DNA of 64,000 nt from Paraspadella gotoi (Eukaryota > Animalia > Chaetognatha): positions 17,780,265 to 17,844,264 of the forward strand of contig CM119269.1 of the NCBI GenBank assembly GCA_051294375.1. The letters run 5' to 3'. Made by a program: the position numbers and the translations under genes. The notes beneath the pieces were generated by a model. The model did no database searches and was not told the DNA's origin. It worked only from the letters and a program-made list of their open reading frames with translations. This document shows positions 1-34,587 of this stretch, one piece after another. How positions within the stretch are numbered: position 1 is the stretch's first letter; the number at the start of each line of letters is the position of its first letter.

Positions 1-640
1 TCGATCTTTTTTTCATATTTCTTTAGATACAAAAGGTAGCGCTAGCAGTCGCTCAGATTCCAGGTTCAGCAAAATTAACAAAATGTCCCAAGTGTCTCGA
101 ATGTTGCGAACTAGTAACTACTATTCTACAGGGTAGTGATTCAAAACTTTGAAAATCCCTAACACTCGTGACGCATTAAATATTTCTAAAGAGATTTATT
201 CATTTGTTCTCTTTAGAATTTTTCTTTTAGCATAGAAATGAGCATAATATTAGTTTTGGGTATATGACACTTGTTGCTTGCAGCACATTTAAATTATTAA
301 TTTTATAGAACTACCGGAAAGATAAATTCATATATTTTGCTATCTCCTTTATCATGTTTATTTATATTTTTATTGACACAATGCATGCAAATTTCAAATG
401 AGGAGGGATTTTTATTTTGAAAATCGATCAAAAAAATTAGTTGATAATGAATTTATAATAATGAACTGCTTTAGGTAAAAAAATTAATTGTCCATTAAAG
501 CGTAGAAAAAATATTAAAATCAATTAGAATCAAAATTCGAATAGTGGATCATGCTTGTACCTGTGAACATTTTTAAATAAAAAATATTTTGAAGAGACAG
601 TAATTATTGTTATATGTTAGTGACAGAACCGTTCAATATA

Positions 641-716
641 AGCAGTCCCTGAGCTTCGGATCAGGCTGTAACACCATGTTACAGGCGGGTTAAGCGCCCC
701 GTCCCTCTTAACTGCC
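641..716 (-). ncRNA. Twister ribozyme-like motif, type P5 (family A)
   Basis: Minus strand reads GGCAGTT-aagagg-GA-CGG-ggcgct-TAA-CCC-GCC-tgtaaca cca tgttaca-G-CCTGA-TCCGAAGC-TCAGG-GACTGCT. P5, P3, P4, L4, T1 (CCG/CGG) and T2 (GC/GC) can all form. P2 is one nt short. Predicted U/A cut between 692 and 691. Confidence 0.75.
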
Positions 717-1059
717 AGACGACCACCGGGCAAGAACCCCGGACCTTTGGGTTGGGAGGCGAATGACTTGCCTCCGGCACCAATGGCCGCTGTGAACGGT
801 TGGTGGATTTTTAGTCCACCATACATCCCCCCTCCCGTAGGGAGAAGTCTGTTGCGTCTCTTCAGTGAATTGTTGTTGTTGTGGAAAGTTCGTCACCAAG
901 TTGAGGCATGTCGCCTGATGTGTTGTGGGCGGAAAGTGCATCACCAGGTTGAGGCATGTCGCCTGAAAGTGTTGTTGTTGCTGTTGTGTTCGGAAGTCGG
1001 GCTCACAATGAAGAGACAGTAATTATTGATATATGTTAGTGACAGAACCGTTCAATATA

Positions 1060-1135
1060 AGCAGTCCCTGAGCTTCGGATCAGGCTGTAACACCATGTTA
1101 CAGGCGGGTTAAGCGCCCCGTCCCTCTTAACTGCC
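1060..1135 (-). ncRNA. Twister ribozyme-like motif, type P5 (family A, second tandem copy)
   Basis: Same sequence as 641-716. Predicted cut between 1111 and 1110. Confidence 0.75.
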
Positions 1136-1239
1136 AGACGACCACCGGGCAAGAACCCCGACCTTTGGGTTGGGAGGCGAAGACTTGCCTCCGGCACCAA
1201 TGGCCGCTGGATGACGGTTGGTGGATTTTAGTCCACCAT

Positions 1240-1650
1240 AATTTATTATTTTTTTTCAATTTTTGCATATGCCTATATTTATACCTAGTACTCACCATAA
1301 AAAATGCTAAAATTTTAAAATGTTTTTTTCCTATTTTTGAAAGCAGAATTGAATTCCTCACAAAAAGTTGACTACAATATAACTCTTTTTAAAAAAATAT
1401 TTCATTAAGTAGGTCAAAATCATAAAAAACTATTATAGTTAACCTATAATTTAATTTTAGTATGAATAATATAGTTTTTTTTACTTTTAGCTAACTTAAT
1501 AAAATGATTTTTTATTAAAACTTATATTTTCCTATATCAACTTTTAATAAAGAATTCGAATCTGCTTTCAAAACTAAAAAAAATATTTTTTAATTTTAAT
1601 AATTTTAATGGTTTCTACTAAGTATAAATAATTAAAATATGCGTTTTATT
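1240..1650. repeat. AT-rich foldback (palindromic) interspersed repeat
   Basis: Imperfect long palindrome (aaagcagaattgaattc ... gaattcgaatctgcttt). Related copies near 10380-10917, 24420-24850 and 33000-33480. Confidence 0.6.
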
Positions 1651-2562
1651 TCGAATTCAACAAGGTTGATTCAGTACATACATGAGCAGCAAAAAAAGCT
1701 AAGATTAAAGACAAAACAAAGTTAAAGATTGCATGACACTACCACTATAGACTAAACAAAGTTAAAGTTATAGATTAAAATATTTCTATCATTAAAGTTG
1801 CAGTAGCCAACCAAATTTTAATTTTAATGGGAACAACATTAAACGAATCCATTATTGATAGTAGTTATTGTGTTAAAATATTTTTTTGCAAAAATGTTCC
1901 GAACCATGAGTAATTAGTTAACTAAAATTATAATATTGCTATTTAATGTCAAAATTTTTTTTAGATATTTTAAGTTTTTTTAATTGATTCTGATAGAGCT
2001 CAAAAAGTTAAGCAAAAAATTTATTTACAATTTTATAAAATTTTGATGTTTTATTATTAAAACTTAGCAAAAACTATTAAAATTATTGGATGATAATGAT
2101 GAGGATGATTTTTTTAGGTTTTTACTAATTTTGACCCACTTATCATCAAAATATTGAAAAAAGAATTATACTTTGTGCAGACAACTTTTCATAAACTATC
2201 TGAATCTGCTTTTAAAAATAAAAAAATTTAAAAATTTTTTAACGTTTCCTATCTATAAATAAATATTAAAAAATAATTACTAGTGCTTCTAGCCATTTTA
2301 AAAAAAATTAAAAAATTGAATTTGAAAGTTTTTTCAGAAATGTATGAAGTTTCATTTGGGAAGGTTCCCAAATCAAACTTTTGACTCACCTTATTGACAA
2401 AGTTTGACCCTAATTAAAAAATTTTTCTAACAATCTCAATAAATAAATATGGGCGTATGGTGGACTAAAATCCACCAACTGTTCATCAGCGGCCATTGGT
2501 GCCGGAGGCAAGTCATTCGCCTCCCAACCCAAAGGTCCGGGGTTCTAGCCCGGTGGTCGCCT

Positions 2563-2638
2563 GGCAGTTGAGAGGGACGGGACGCTTAACCCGCCTGTAA
2601 CACGGTGTTACAGCCTGATCCGAAGCTCAGGGACTGCT
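2563..2638 (+). ncRNA. Twister ribozyme-like motif, type P5 (family A)
   Basis: GGCAGTT...GA-CGG-gacgct-TAA-CCC-GCC-[P3]-G-CCTGA-TCCGAAGC-TCAGG-GACTGCT. Predicted cut 2587/2588. Confidence 0.72.
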
Positions 2639-2984
2639 TATATTGAACGGTTCTGTCACTAACACATAACAATAATTACTGTCTCTTCATTGGTGAGCCC
2701 GATTTCCGAACACAACAGCAACAACAACACTTTCAGGCGACATGCCCTAACTTGGCGATGCACTTTCCGCCCACAACACATCCGGCGACATGCCTCAACT
2801 TGGTGACGATCTTTCCACCAACAACAACAATTCACTGAAGAGACGCAACAGACTTCTCCCTACGGGAGGGGGGGATGTATGGTGGACTAAAATCCACCAA
2901 CTGTTCATCAGCGGCCATTGGTGCCGGAGGCAAATCATTTGCCTCCCAACCCAAAGGTCCGGGGTTCTAGCCAGGTGGTCGCCT

Positions 2985-3059
2985 GGCAGTTAAGAGCGAC
3001 GGGGCGCTTAACCCGCCTGTAACACGGTGTTACAGCCTGATCCGAAGTTTGGGACCGCT
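2985..3059 (+). ncRNA. Degenerate twister motif (family A)
   Basis: Same frame with substitutions in P2' (gagc) and P4' (TCCGAAGTTTGG). Predicted cut 3009/3010, 422 nt after the first. Confidence 0.5.
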
Positions 3060-3939
3060 TATATTGAACGGTTCTGTCACTAACACATAACAATAATTAC
3101 TGTCTCTTCAGGCGTATGCGAAAATTGATAAATTAAAAAAAATTATATATCAATGTTCTTTAGTATAAGACTATTCGAATTTTGATCTGCAACTTTCACT
3201 ACGACTCATTGTCTATGTCCAATGCACAGATTCACTGTATTCATTTGGAAAGTGTCAGTACGCTTGAGACACTTATTTTGGGTCTATAGGACGTCTTTCT
3301 GGACAAAACTGCTGACGCTCAAATCGCGACTCAGCAGAATAGTTTTGTGAAAAACAAAGAAAATTTGGCTGGCTGATTTATAACGTTATTCAATATTTCA
3401 GACTACAACTCAACTATAATATCCGAAAAACTTGACGTATTTCATCAGTTCCATCGGCCAAAGTCTCAATCGTTCGTCCGACGGTTTTTATGACCCTTTG
3501 TGTTTGTCATTCTAAGAAATCTGCCTCGGGCGAAGAAAAAACATTCTGTTCTAATGACGGTTCCAATTTTTCAAGAATTTTTTTTCTTAAGCTACAAAGT
3601 AGAGCGAGGGGTCTTCATAATAAAAGAAAATAAGAAAAAAGGTAACAAGAATAAGTAGTTCGTCGCCAGGGTTTGAACTCGGTTCCAAAGAAAAACGTTT
3701 ACGCTTTGTTAAAACAGGACATGAAAACGTAATCAAAGCTTGGTTTTATTGAGATATTGTCAAGACGAGAACGAACAATTAATTACAATTGACTCCGATT
3801 GCATATTGAATACATTTGTACAATACAATAATATACAATCCAATCATCTGATGATTACGCTCGACTCTTTTCGTCCCACAAATTCATCCGTTCAAATAGA
3901 GAGGAAAATAAATCTGCTCGGCGTTCGAATCTAGTTTAA

Positions 3940-4828
3940 GGGGACCAAGTGACCAAGGGGGGTAAAAAGCTGAAAGCATAACGTTTGACCCTTTAACTTA
4001 AGCTGTGTCTGATCATAAAATTCTTTCTTCTATAATTATTTAAGAAAGTAGTTAAAAAATTCGATATAATCAGCTAGCTTAATGTTTCTTTAAAAAATTG
4101 GTAAGAAGAATATCTTTTCAAATTTTAATTTTTTTTTCATAAAAAAAGGTAAGATCTAATTTTAAGAAAGATTTTCAGCTTTTATCAAAAAAATTTATAA
4201 CAAAAAAAAACTAAGAATGAATAAAAATAATAATAAAAGGTATTGACTGATTTTATTTAAACTTTATTTTTAAATGATTCTGTTAATTGGATAAAAATAA
4301 AACCCTCTGAAGTAATATAAATATAAAAAGAAGAAAAAGATTCTGTATTTTTTTAAAATTTTTAATTGTTATAATTAGGAATCAATATAGTTTAATAATA
4401 TACTTAAGGGATGAATATGAATATTAATTAATAGTTATTACAGTTTTGTTTCTGTAAGAATAGAATTTAAGTTTGATTTTTCTGCTTTTAAGTGAATATA
4501 AAAATAAAAAAATATTAGTCCTGTAAAGCCTTTGTTCAATAATGCTTAAACCTAAAATTGTAGCTTTGTACAATAAAAAATAAAAATTTAAAATTTAATA
4601 AAAAATATTTTTTAATGTAAAAATAAAATAATGGATTATATAAATATTTAGGTAGGATCAACTAAATTTTTGTTTTGATAATTAATAAAATTTTGTTTCC
4701 GCTTCAATAAGAGATAGGAATTTTTTTGCTACTTTCCTGTACAAAAAAAAATGAATGACTATTACCTTTCAAATTCCTTTGATGATAGACCCTAAAGCTT
4801 ATGATATCATTTTTATCACTAGGTCCCT
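3940..4828. mobile_element. Non-autonomous DNA transposon with TTAA target duplication (Kolobok-like MITE)
   Basis: TTAA|GGGGACCAAGTGA ... TCACTAGGTCCCT|TTAA. AT-rich non-coding interior. Confidence 0.65.
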
Positions 4829-5491
4829 TTAAGGACAAAAAACGAAAGAAATAGAGAAAGAAAGAAGGCAGAAGCAGAAAAAAAAAACAAAAACAAAAAA
4901 AAAGAAATTAGGAGAAAGAAAGAAAGAAAAAAAAATGAAGTGGAAGGCTGGGTTTGCCTTAGTTTGAATTTCATCCGTTGGTTGTGTTTGTCAAAGACCT
5001 TTTCTTTCTCTTTCTCTCTTTCTCTCCTTTCTTATTCCTTCGACGGGAGTGAGAGGGTGGGGGGAAAGGGGGGGTTAAGTGCGTTGACATGCTCGGGGAA
5101 ACAAAGATTTCCATCGCCGGTTTCGTCAAAAAAGAGGGGGCGGAACAGGGGGGCGGGCTTGGAAGAGTTCTCCGACGCTCGAGCGCACAATGCCACAAAG
5201 GGGTCTCCTTGACAGGACAATGCGGGGAAGAAAGAAGAAGCAACAAAGAAAATTAAAGATTAAGGAAAAAAAAGGGACAAAGAAAAAAATGGGGTCCGGA
5301 CGGTGAAAAAAAAAAAAAAATGGGGGAAAAGACCTCGAAATGAGGGAAGGAAAAAAAATTGTTTTCTATCACTTTTGTTCATGTTAGAATAATAAAATGG
5401 GTTCTTTCAAACCTCGTACTAAAGATTCGGATACGCATCTCAAAATATCCAAATTGAAGTGATAATCCTTTCTTTTTTCGTTGTTAATGAG

Positions 5492-5621
5492 TTAAGAGAA
5501 AATCAAAGTTTTAATGAATTGTGCAACGAATTTTATTTGTTCAGATACGGACATGTTCAAGCCTTCATCAGCGTCTATTACAGTTTTTGCACAATTCATT
5601 AAAACTTTGATTTTCTCTTAA
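5492..5621 (-). mobile_element. Inverted-repeat element enclosing a deleted minimal hammerhead (Penelope-like remnant)
   Basis: 35-bp perfect arms 5492-5526 / 5587-5621. The loop on the minus strand reads CTGATGAAGGCTT-GAACATGTC followed by AATAAA. Confidence 0.65.
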
Positions 5622-6391
5622 GTCTTAATATCCCTCGGAATACTTGGTTGAAAAATTGTGAACGGGTTGTGAACATTGTTCCCTTTTGCCGGTCTTCGTC
5701 CGCGATTTCACCAGTGATTTGCTTCCGCTCACAACTGAAAATTCTTCAAAACAGAAAAAGAGTCTGTTATAACAAAAAAAAAATATGCTCTTTTCAGAGA
5801 GAGGGAGAAGAGTAAGAGAGAGGGAGATAGAGAGTGACTTACCAGACCGAAAAAAAACCTTTGGTGTATTTGGCGATTTTTTCTTAACTTTGTACCCAAA
5901 TTTGCATGCAAGTGTTTTGTTTTACTTTTTCCATTTCTTTTTTGTTTTATTAGCTCACTCTGTCTCGAAACCGTAGTGATTAACCTGTCAGTGGATGAGT
6001 GTGGATCTAGTCATGAACCGGATATGATTCAAGCATGACCAAATCGGCGCCCATCCATTTTCAGTGAGTTTCGAGTTTCGAAAGCGTGAGCAGCCCATAG
6101 GGCCGAATCATGGTGCCGAGGAGCCGAATATTTGCCGCAAATTTATTTTTTAAAATGAAAAGTTTTTGTATCGACTTTGAAATTCTTTCTCTCTTTCTTT
6201 CTCTCTCCACACGGATACTGGCGGAGAAAAAAGTTTTCTCACACAGTTCGTTTCTATTTAGTTTTTTTTTTTTTTCGTCGCAACGAAAATTTGATTCAAG
6301 GAAAATGAAATAAAAACAAAAAAATAAGAAAGACAAAGCGAGCGAGCGGAAATGTGGAATGAGAGAAGGAAAAAATTGGAAGATTGCGTAA

Positions 6392-6501
<110 letters not shown>

Positions 6502-6825
6502 GAGTCAAAGCCGCTCCCCTCCCGTCTCGAAAATCGCGCGTGTTCGACAAGGTCGTTGAGCCTCAAGCCGAAGACCACGCTCGCGATTTTTTACCCGCGA
6601 TTTTCTTTCTCCTTCGCGGTTCATCGTCCCAATGGCGAAATCGAACCGTCTTACTGCGGAAAGGAAAAAGAAAAACAAACAAAACAAGAAAACTAAACAT
6701 AAATGTATAAATAAGAAGGGAGATTGAGTTTTAAGATCGAATTTAAAAAAAAAACCGCGTGGTTGAAGAATTTCGCAGAGGCGAAAGTTTCGAACCGATA
6801 ACGTTAGACAGGAGTCGATGGGAGG

Positions 6826-6927
<102 letters not shown>

Positions 6928-7434
6928 GGGTATAAACTTAAAAGATTGAGGAAGAGAGAGCGAGAGATAAGAGTTTCGTTCTATCGAACGAAATATTGAG
7001 AGGTAAACGATTTTGAGTTCGTGAGAGAAAAATCAAAACTGGAGACAGAGTCAGAGAGTCAGAGTCAGAGATGGAGTCGGTGACGATGGGTTGGAGGTCT
7101 CGAGGAAAACTAAGGATTTGGGCGCGAAACAAGCGAATTTAAGTAAGAGAGGAAGAATGGAAACGAGGAAGAGGAGGAACCGGGAAGAGGAGAAATGTCT
7201 CGTATGACTAAGGAGAAAAGGAAGAGCGGGCTTCGAGGAAGAGGAGAGGAGACGAAGTTGAAATGAAAAGAGAATGAGAAAGAAAGAAAAAGAGAGAGAG
7301 AGGGAGAGACTCTTTGTGTTGGAGACTTTTTCTCCATGAAAGAAAGAAAGAAAGAAAGGTTCCCTCATAATGTCCTCTTCCTCTTCCATCCACCATAAGA
7401 AATGCATGACAAACATCTCTCTCTCTTTTCTTTA

Positions 7435-7531
<97 letters not shown>

Positions 7532-7598
7532 GTGATTTCAACATTCAACAACTTATCCCGAAACTATGCAGCATCTGCTTTGAGAGAGAAGACCGGGT

Positions 7599-7629
<31 letters not shown>

Positions 7630-7669
7630 CTCTCTCGTCTTTTTCTTCTCTCGGTCTTTTCTCTGCTTC

Positions 7670-7708
<39 letters not shown>

Positions 7709-8902
7709 GAACACGTGTTTTCCTGTAGTTTTGCAGAAAATGCTTTTCTCAACTTACCACCGCTCATACCTGGGACAAAGCAGGAAAAAGACAAAGAAAA
7801 AAGGAATTCCATGTACAAGCTTTTAAGTTAGATTAAATAAGGTCGCATTTTAGATGCTATCAGGCTTGATTGTTATGGTCCCATTGCAGTTTCAAATAAA
7901 GGAATTCGTGTCATGTTCTAAGTTCGCGCCATTTCCGTAAATCTGAATTATTTTAAATCAGTTACTTTGGATAATCTTTTATCATTAGTTACTTTGATGA
8001 TTTTTTTTAATGACGGAGGGTTAGTGATAGTGATATGCTGATAGCCTTCTAAGTATGTTTCTCCCCAAACTTTTTAAGGAATGCATGTTTGACTGACGCT
8101 GACATCGTAATTAACTACCAATATAGTTCCATAGCAGTTTTTTTATTATCTATATTGTTTGATATTTATAGGTAACTGTGAAAATACGTAAATTAGGGGG
8201 GGTTCAAATATATCTGAGGTACGTAAAACGCCGTGATTAAAATTACAGTTTGACAATGTTATTGTAACAATATTTTCACAGCGATGGATAATAGATAACG
8301 TCAGCTCAAAAAGATTCGCGAATGACAAAATTCAATGTTTTTTAAAACTTTAAAGACTATAACCTAGCCTATATACTACAGTAATAATAAAAAATGCTAA
8401 CAAAAACTATATCTCATACAAGCTTCATTTCAAGAAACAGTTATGGCGTATCTTAATTTTATTTAATCAAATAGGCCCATTTTTACTGTCTTTAAATGTG
8501 CACTGAAATTTTTCCTATTTTTGTTTGAGAGAAGCCAATTTCCGCTTATACTAGACGCATGGCGGTCTCTTGCGGTAGCAAAATATGGGAGATCCAGAAA
8601 ACCAACAAAAGGGCAGATCGTATCCTCACTAAATTTTTTTTCCTTCTCACTTCACGGTTTTTGAAGGGACGCTGAAAATTTACAATATACGTACTATGTT
8701 ATTACGTTTAGTTTAATTACAAGCAGAATTGATTCAAGTTAAATTTAGATAATTTATTTTAAAGAGCTTCAGTGTATCATTCCGTCTTTGACTCCGTCTG
8801 AGGTGTTTTTGAAATTAAAACATATCAACGAACTATGGTTAACCCGTTTATAACAATATTATAATACAGTAACAAAAATACTTTCATGAAAACAATTTTT
8901 TT

Positions 8903-14323
<5,421 letters not shown>

Positions 14324-15989
14324 CTCCTTCGACAAATAAAATAAAACTTAAACAAAAAGCGAAGACGATGACGTAACAAAAGAATAAAAAAAAAAGTATT
14401 TTATGATTCTCTCGTTTATTTTTTCTCGAGTCGCTTCCCTTCTGCCTGGGATTCTTTTTTTTTTTTTTTAACGTGAACCAGAAATTGTGACGCGGATGAA
14501 CTTTTTTCCCCCGGACGTTCGTCTCACCTTCCGTTCGATCATCTTCCCCATCAGACTTCTCGTCATCTCATCTCATCTCACCAACTTTTTTCACTTTTCA
14601 TTATTTTTCCTCTCATCTCGGTCTTTTTTTGCAAAGGGAAGAAATAAAAAACTTTTTTTGGCATTTAAAAAAAAACTATCTTTTTTTTTTGGCGTCTTTA
14701 AATCTACACTAATCCTGTAAAACAGGTTCCTGGGTTCTAATCAGATCGCACTAAGGAATACCAAATGTTTCAAGGCGACGTTCTCGGCGAAGCGCTTTCG
14801 TATAGATCTAAGCGCTCAACAAACGATCCAGAAAATGTTTTTTTTCACCAAACGGTTCAGTTAATGTTTACTTTTTTAATACGAGAGTTCGCCGACCGAA
14901 TCACGATACGAAATCCCCCAAATTTAATCCGCAATCTTTTCAGATTCCGAAAAACATCGATTTAATTTACTTAATAATATCGAGAACCTTTTTTTTTTAA
15001 ATACACGAGTCCTTCATTAACGAGCCGCGGTTTGCGGCCAGCCTCTTTTCATTCGCTGGTTTTTAAAGTTCACTTTTTTTTATATTTTCGTATTTTTCCT
15101 ACTTTTATTTATTTGGAGACCAATAAATTCTTTTTTTTCCCCCAATTTTTTTGGACCATCAAAGCTTCAATTCTTCGCTCGTTACTGTTTAACGCGAAAG
15201 TGATATTCATGGACGGAGAATTTTCACATTCTTAAAAAGGTCATTTCATTTTCGGGCAAATTTAATCCAATGACAGAGAAAAGGATTACGCGGATCACAT
15301 TTAACTTTCAAATTTAACTTTCGGATTTGTCATTTGAGTTCCGAATTTCGTTATTGCAAGACCTGCCTTCGAAAAGGTTACATTAAATCTGTATTTTCCT
15401 TGTATATCAAAATTCGAAAATTTTCCGGTTTTGAGCGAAATCAGAGCTCAAACTCAAAACTTGAATTGATTGAAGGAAAACTGGAATAAAAAAACTAAAC
15501 AAGATCTAAAGACAAATTCAAAACAGATAATTGCTTCAACATTAGTTCAATCAGAGCTAAAACGAATTAGACAACAAACTATATTATCAAGATTAAACTA
15601 ATACCTGAGCTCACCGTAAGCGTAATTTCATTAACTGTTATGAACAGCCATAAATAGATCCAAAGTCTAGACATCGAGAAATTTTTGGTTTAAACTTTCA
15701 AGGGAAAGAAATAAAATAGTAAATTGTTCTTTGCATTAATTTTATTTGAGAATACAGTGGTGATGCCATTAATCAAAAATAGATCGGATCTTTATCGTAA
15801 ATAAATATTATTACAAACGTAGATAATTAAAAAGTATACGATGATATGACTTTTTAAATAAAGTTTATTAAAAGAGACGATTTAGATAATAAAGTAATAT
15901 AAAACGACTTAAACGACAGAAATTCAAAATTCTACGGGATAATGATGCTAAATCCTACTAATAATTTATACATTAATTAAATCATTAAT

Positions 15990-32581
<16,592 letters not shown>

Positions 32582-33988
32582 GGACGCCGGTGGTGGGGCT
32601 ACTCTGCAAATTGATTTTCGATGTTACTGTCAATTGCGAATTTAGTTGTAAAAAGTGGGTTTTTATATTTAGTTTAATTTTTATATTATTTTTTATATTT
32701 GTACTTAATTTTAATACTTATTTTTTATTTAGTTTTATATAGTTCGTTTATATATTTTATATAGCATTTTTTATTAACGAGACAGTTTGAGTATTGGCAG
32801 CAACAATTTTTATTTAATAAGAAAAACATGTTTCTGCTCAGAGTTCGAGCCTTCATCGGCGTCAATTTTTATATAGTTTTGATAGTTAAATTGCCCTATT
32901 ATTTAAAATAAAGATTAGCTTTGGAAATACCATCAGCCACGTACATATTTCACAAAGCTCTCAAAGTTGAAAAATAAAGCCTAGCTAAAATATTAAAATC
33001 AAGTTGAATCAAAATTCGAATAGTAGATCATGAACAGCCTTGTACCTGTGAACATTTTTAAATAAAAAAACTTAGTTTTTTATTTTTAAATTTTTGCATT
33101 AGCCCATATTTATACATACGTTTTTTTCTTATTTTGAAAGCAGATTCTAATTCCTCACGAAAAGTTGATAAAAGAAAGTTTAACTCTTTGTGGAAAATTA
33201 TTTTATTAAAAACTATTATTTAATTAACTTGTAGTATGAAAATATAGTTTTTTCAATTTTTAGCTAACTTAAGAAAGAATATTTGATTAAGACTTATATT
33301 TTTTTTTCTATTTTTTTATGAGGAATTCGAATCTGCTTTAAAAACTAAAAAAAATATTTTAAAATTTTGACATTTTCTATGGTGAGTACTCTGTATAAAT
33401 ATGGGCTAATGCGAAAATTCAGAAGTTAAATTTTTTTTCTTCATATTTCAATGTTTTTAGTACAAGACTTTTCATGCTCAACTATTCACTAACAACATCT
33501 TTGAATAACAAAAATAAAATACGGGTAAATTGGAAAATTTTTTTTCGTTACGTTAATAATAAAGAGAAAAAACAATTTAATTTGTTGTTTGCAACCAAAA
33601 AATTTTTTTCTGCTAGTTAATTAATTATTTCATGTAATATACATGTAGGGATGAATGTTTTCACGCCTGAATTTAATGGGCCCTTGGGTCTCAGAAAAAG
33701 GCACAAAAGTTGGAGTAAAATTCGGGTAGAAAACTGGAGCGAAAAATGAGGTCGAAGAATAGGGCGAATAGGCGACAAAAAGCGCGATATTCTCAAGGAA
33801 AAAACACCATCAATTCTCAGAAAATTATCCGTCAATAAATAATAAAGAAAAACATCGAATTTCGATAAGCCTTACCCCAAAAAATGTGTTTAACCTTTAG
33901 CTGAAATATTCAATAGTTTTCAACGGAGCGTCGCGATTCCCAATGAGGGGAAACCGCGAACTCAACCGGAGACTAAAGTCGACCTCTC

Positions 33989-34099
<111 letters not shown>

Positions 34100-34537
34100 C
34101 CCCCTTCCGCGTCTCCGCTTCCTTCATCACCGAATCGCAAATATCTCTCTTGAGAATTTTTAGCCATAAAGACAAAATTGTTTTAAGGGGAGGGCTATCC
34201 GCGAGAAGACGGAAAAAAGGTTATTAATTAAGTTAAGGGAAATTGATATAATTTTTTGAAGCAAGTCTTTGTCAATTTATCCTTTCCTACCTCAAACGCA
34301 GTTTGTCAGAAAAAGGGAACCTAAAAAATGGATTCTTTGTTTTTTAACTCTCTTAGTTACATTTTTTTATTAGGAATATTCTAATATTTACAATTTCGAT
34401 AGCGGGTTTCCCTTAAGTTCATAACCAAGGGGTGGCGATTCGCCAAGAAATGTATTTTAACTGAAGGAAATCTAATTACAAAAATGGGAAAAAGGAGAGA
34501 CTTGTCCCTGGGGAACGGGGGAAAGCAAGGAAGAGAG

Positions 34538-34587
<50 letters not shown>

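Larger units (their letters stand above)
590..1239 (-). mobile_element. tRNA-headed, twister-containing retroelement (family A), 1.5-mer tandem of a 419-bp unit
   Basis: Two ~235-bp direct repeats (period 419) separated by a CAA-rich spacer. Reverse complement of 2460-3110. It interrupts an AT-rich foldback repeat whose uninterrupted version is seen near 33010-33120. Confidence 0.88.
2460..3110 (+). mobile_element. tRNA-headed, twister-containing retroelement (family A), 1.5-mer tandem of a 422-bp unit with 8-bp TSD
   Basis: Direct repeats 2460-2689 and 2882-3110. GGCGTATG flanks both sides (2452-2459, 3111-3118). tRNA-like head: acceptor stem GCGGCCA 2489-2495 / TGGTCGC 2554-2560, A-box-like TGGTGCCGGAGG, B-box-like GGTTCTAGCCC. 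Confidence 0.9.

Noticed and set aside
617-1371. Short ORFs overlapping family A (also 2790-2993, 11885-12082, 25575-25823, 57773-58036)
   Set aside because: By-products of GC-rich structured repeats. Frames are not conserved between copies.
2465-2495. Hammerhead on the minus strand of family A (CTGATGA)
   Set aside because: No GAAA core or stem III follows, and the motif is mutated in the 590-1239 copies.
2489-2560. Functional tRNA gene
   Set aside because: The acceptor stem and A/B boxes are present, but the anticodon arm does not pair and the T loop is non-canonical. Treated as a SINE head.
3240-6130. Exon-like GC-richer patches (3420-3560, 5085-5210, 5640-5735, 5985-6130)
   Set aside because: No phase-consistent open reading frame or recognisable protein could be assembled. 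They may be UTR or lncRNA.
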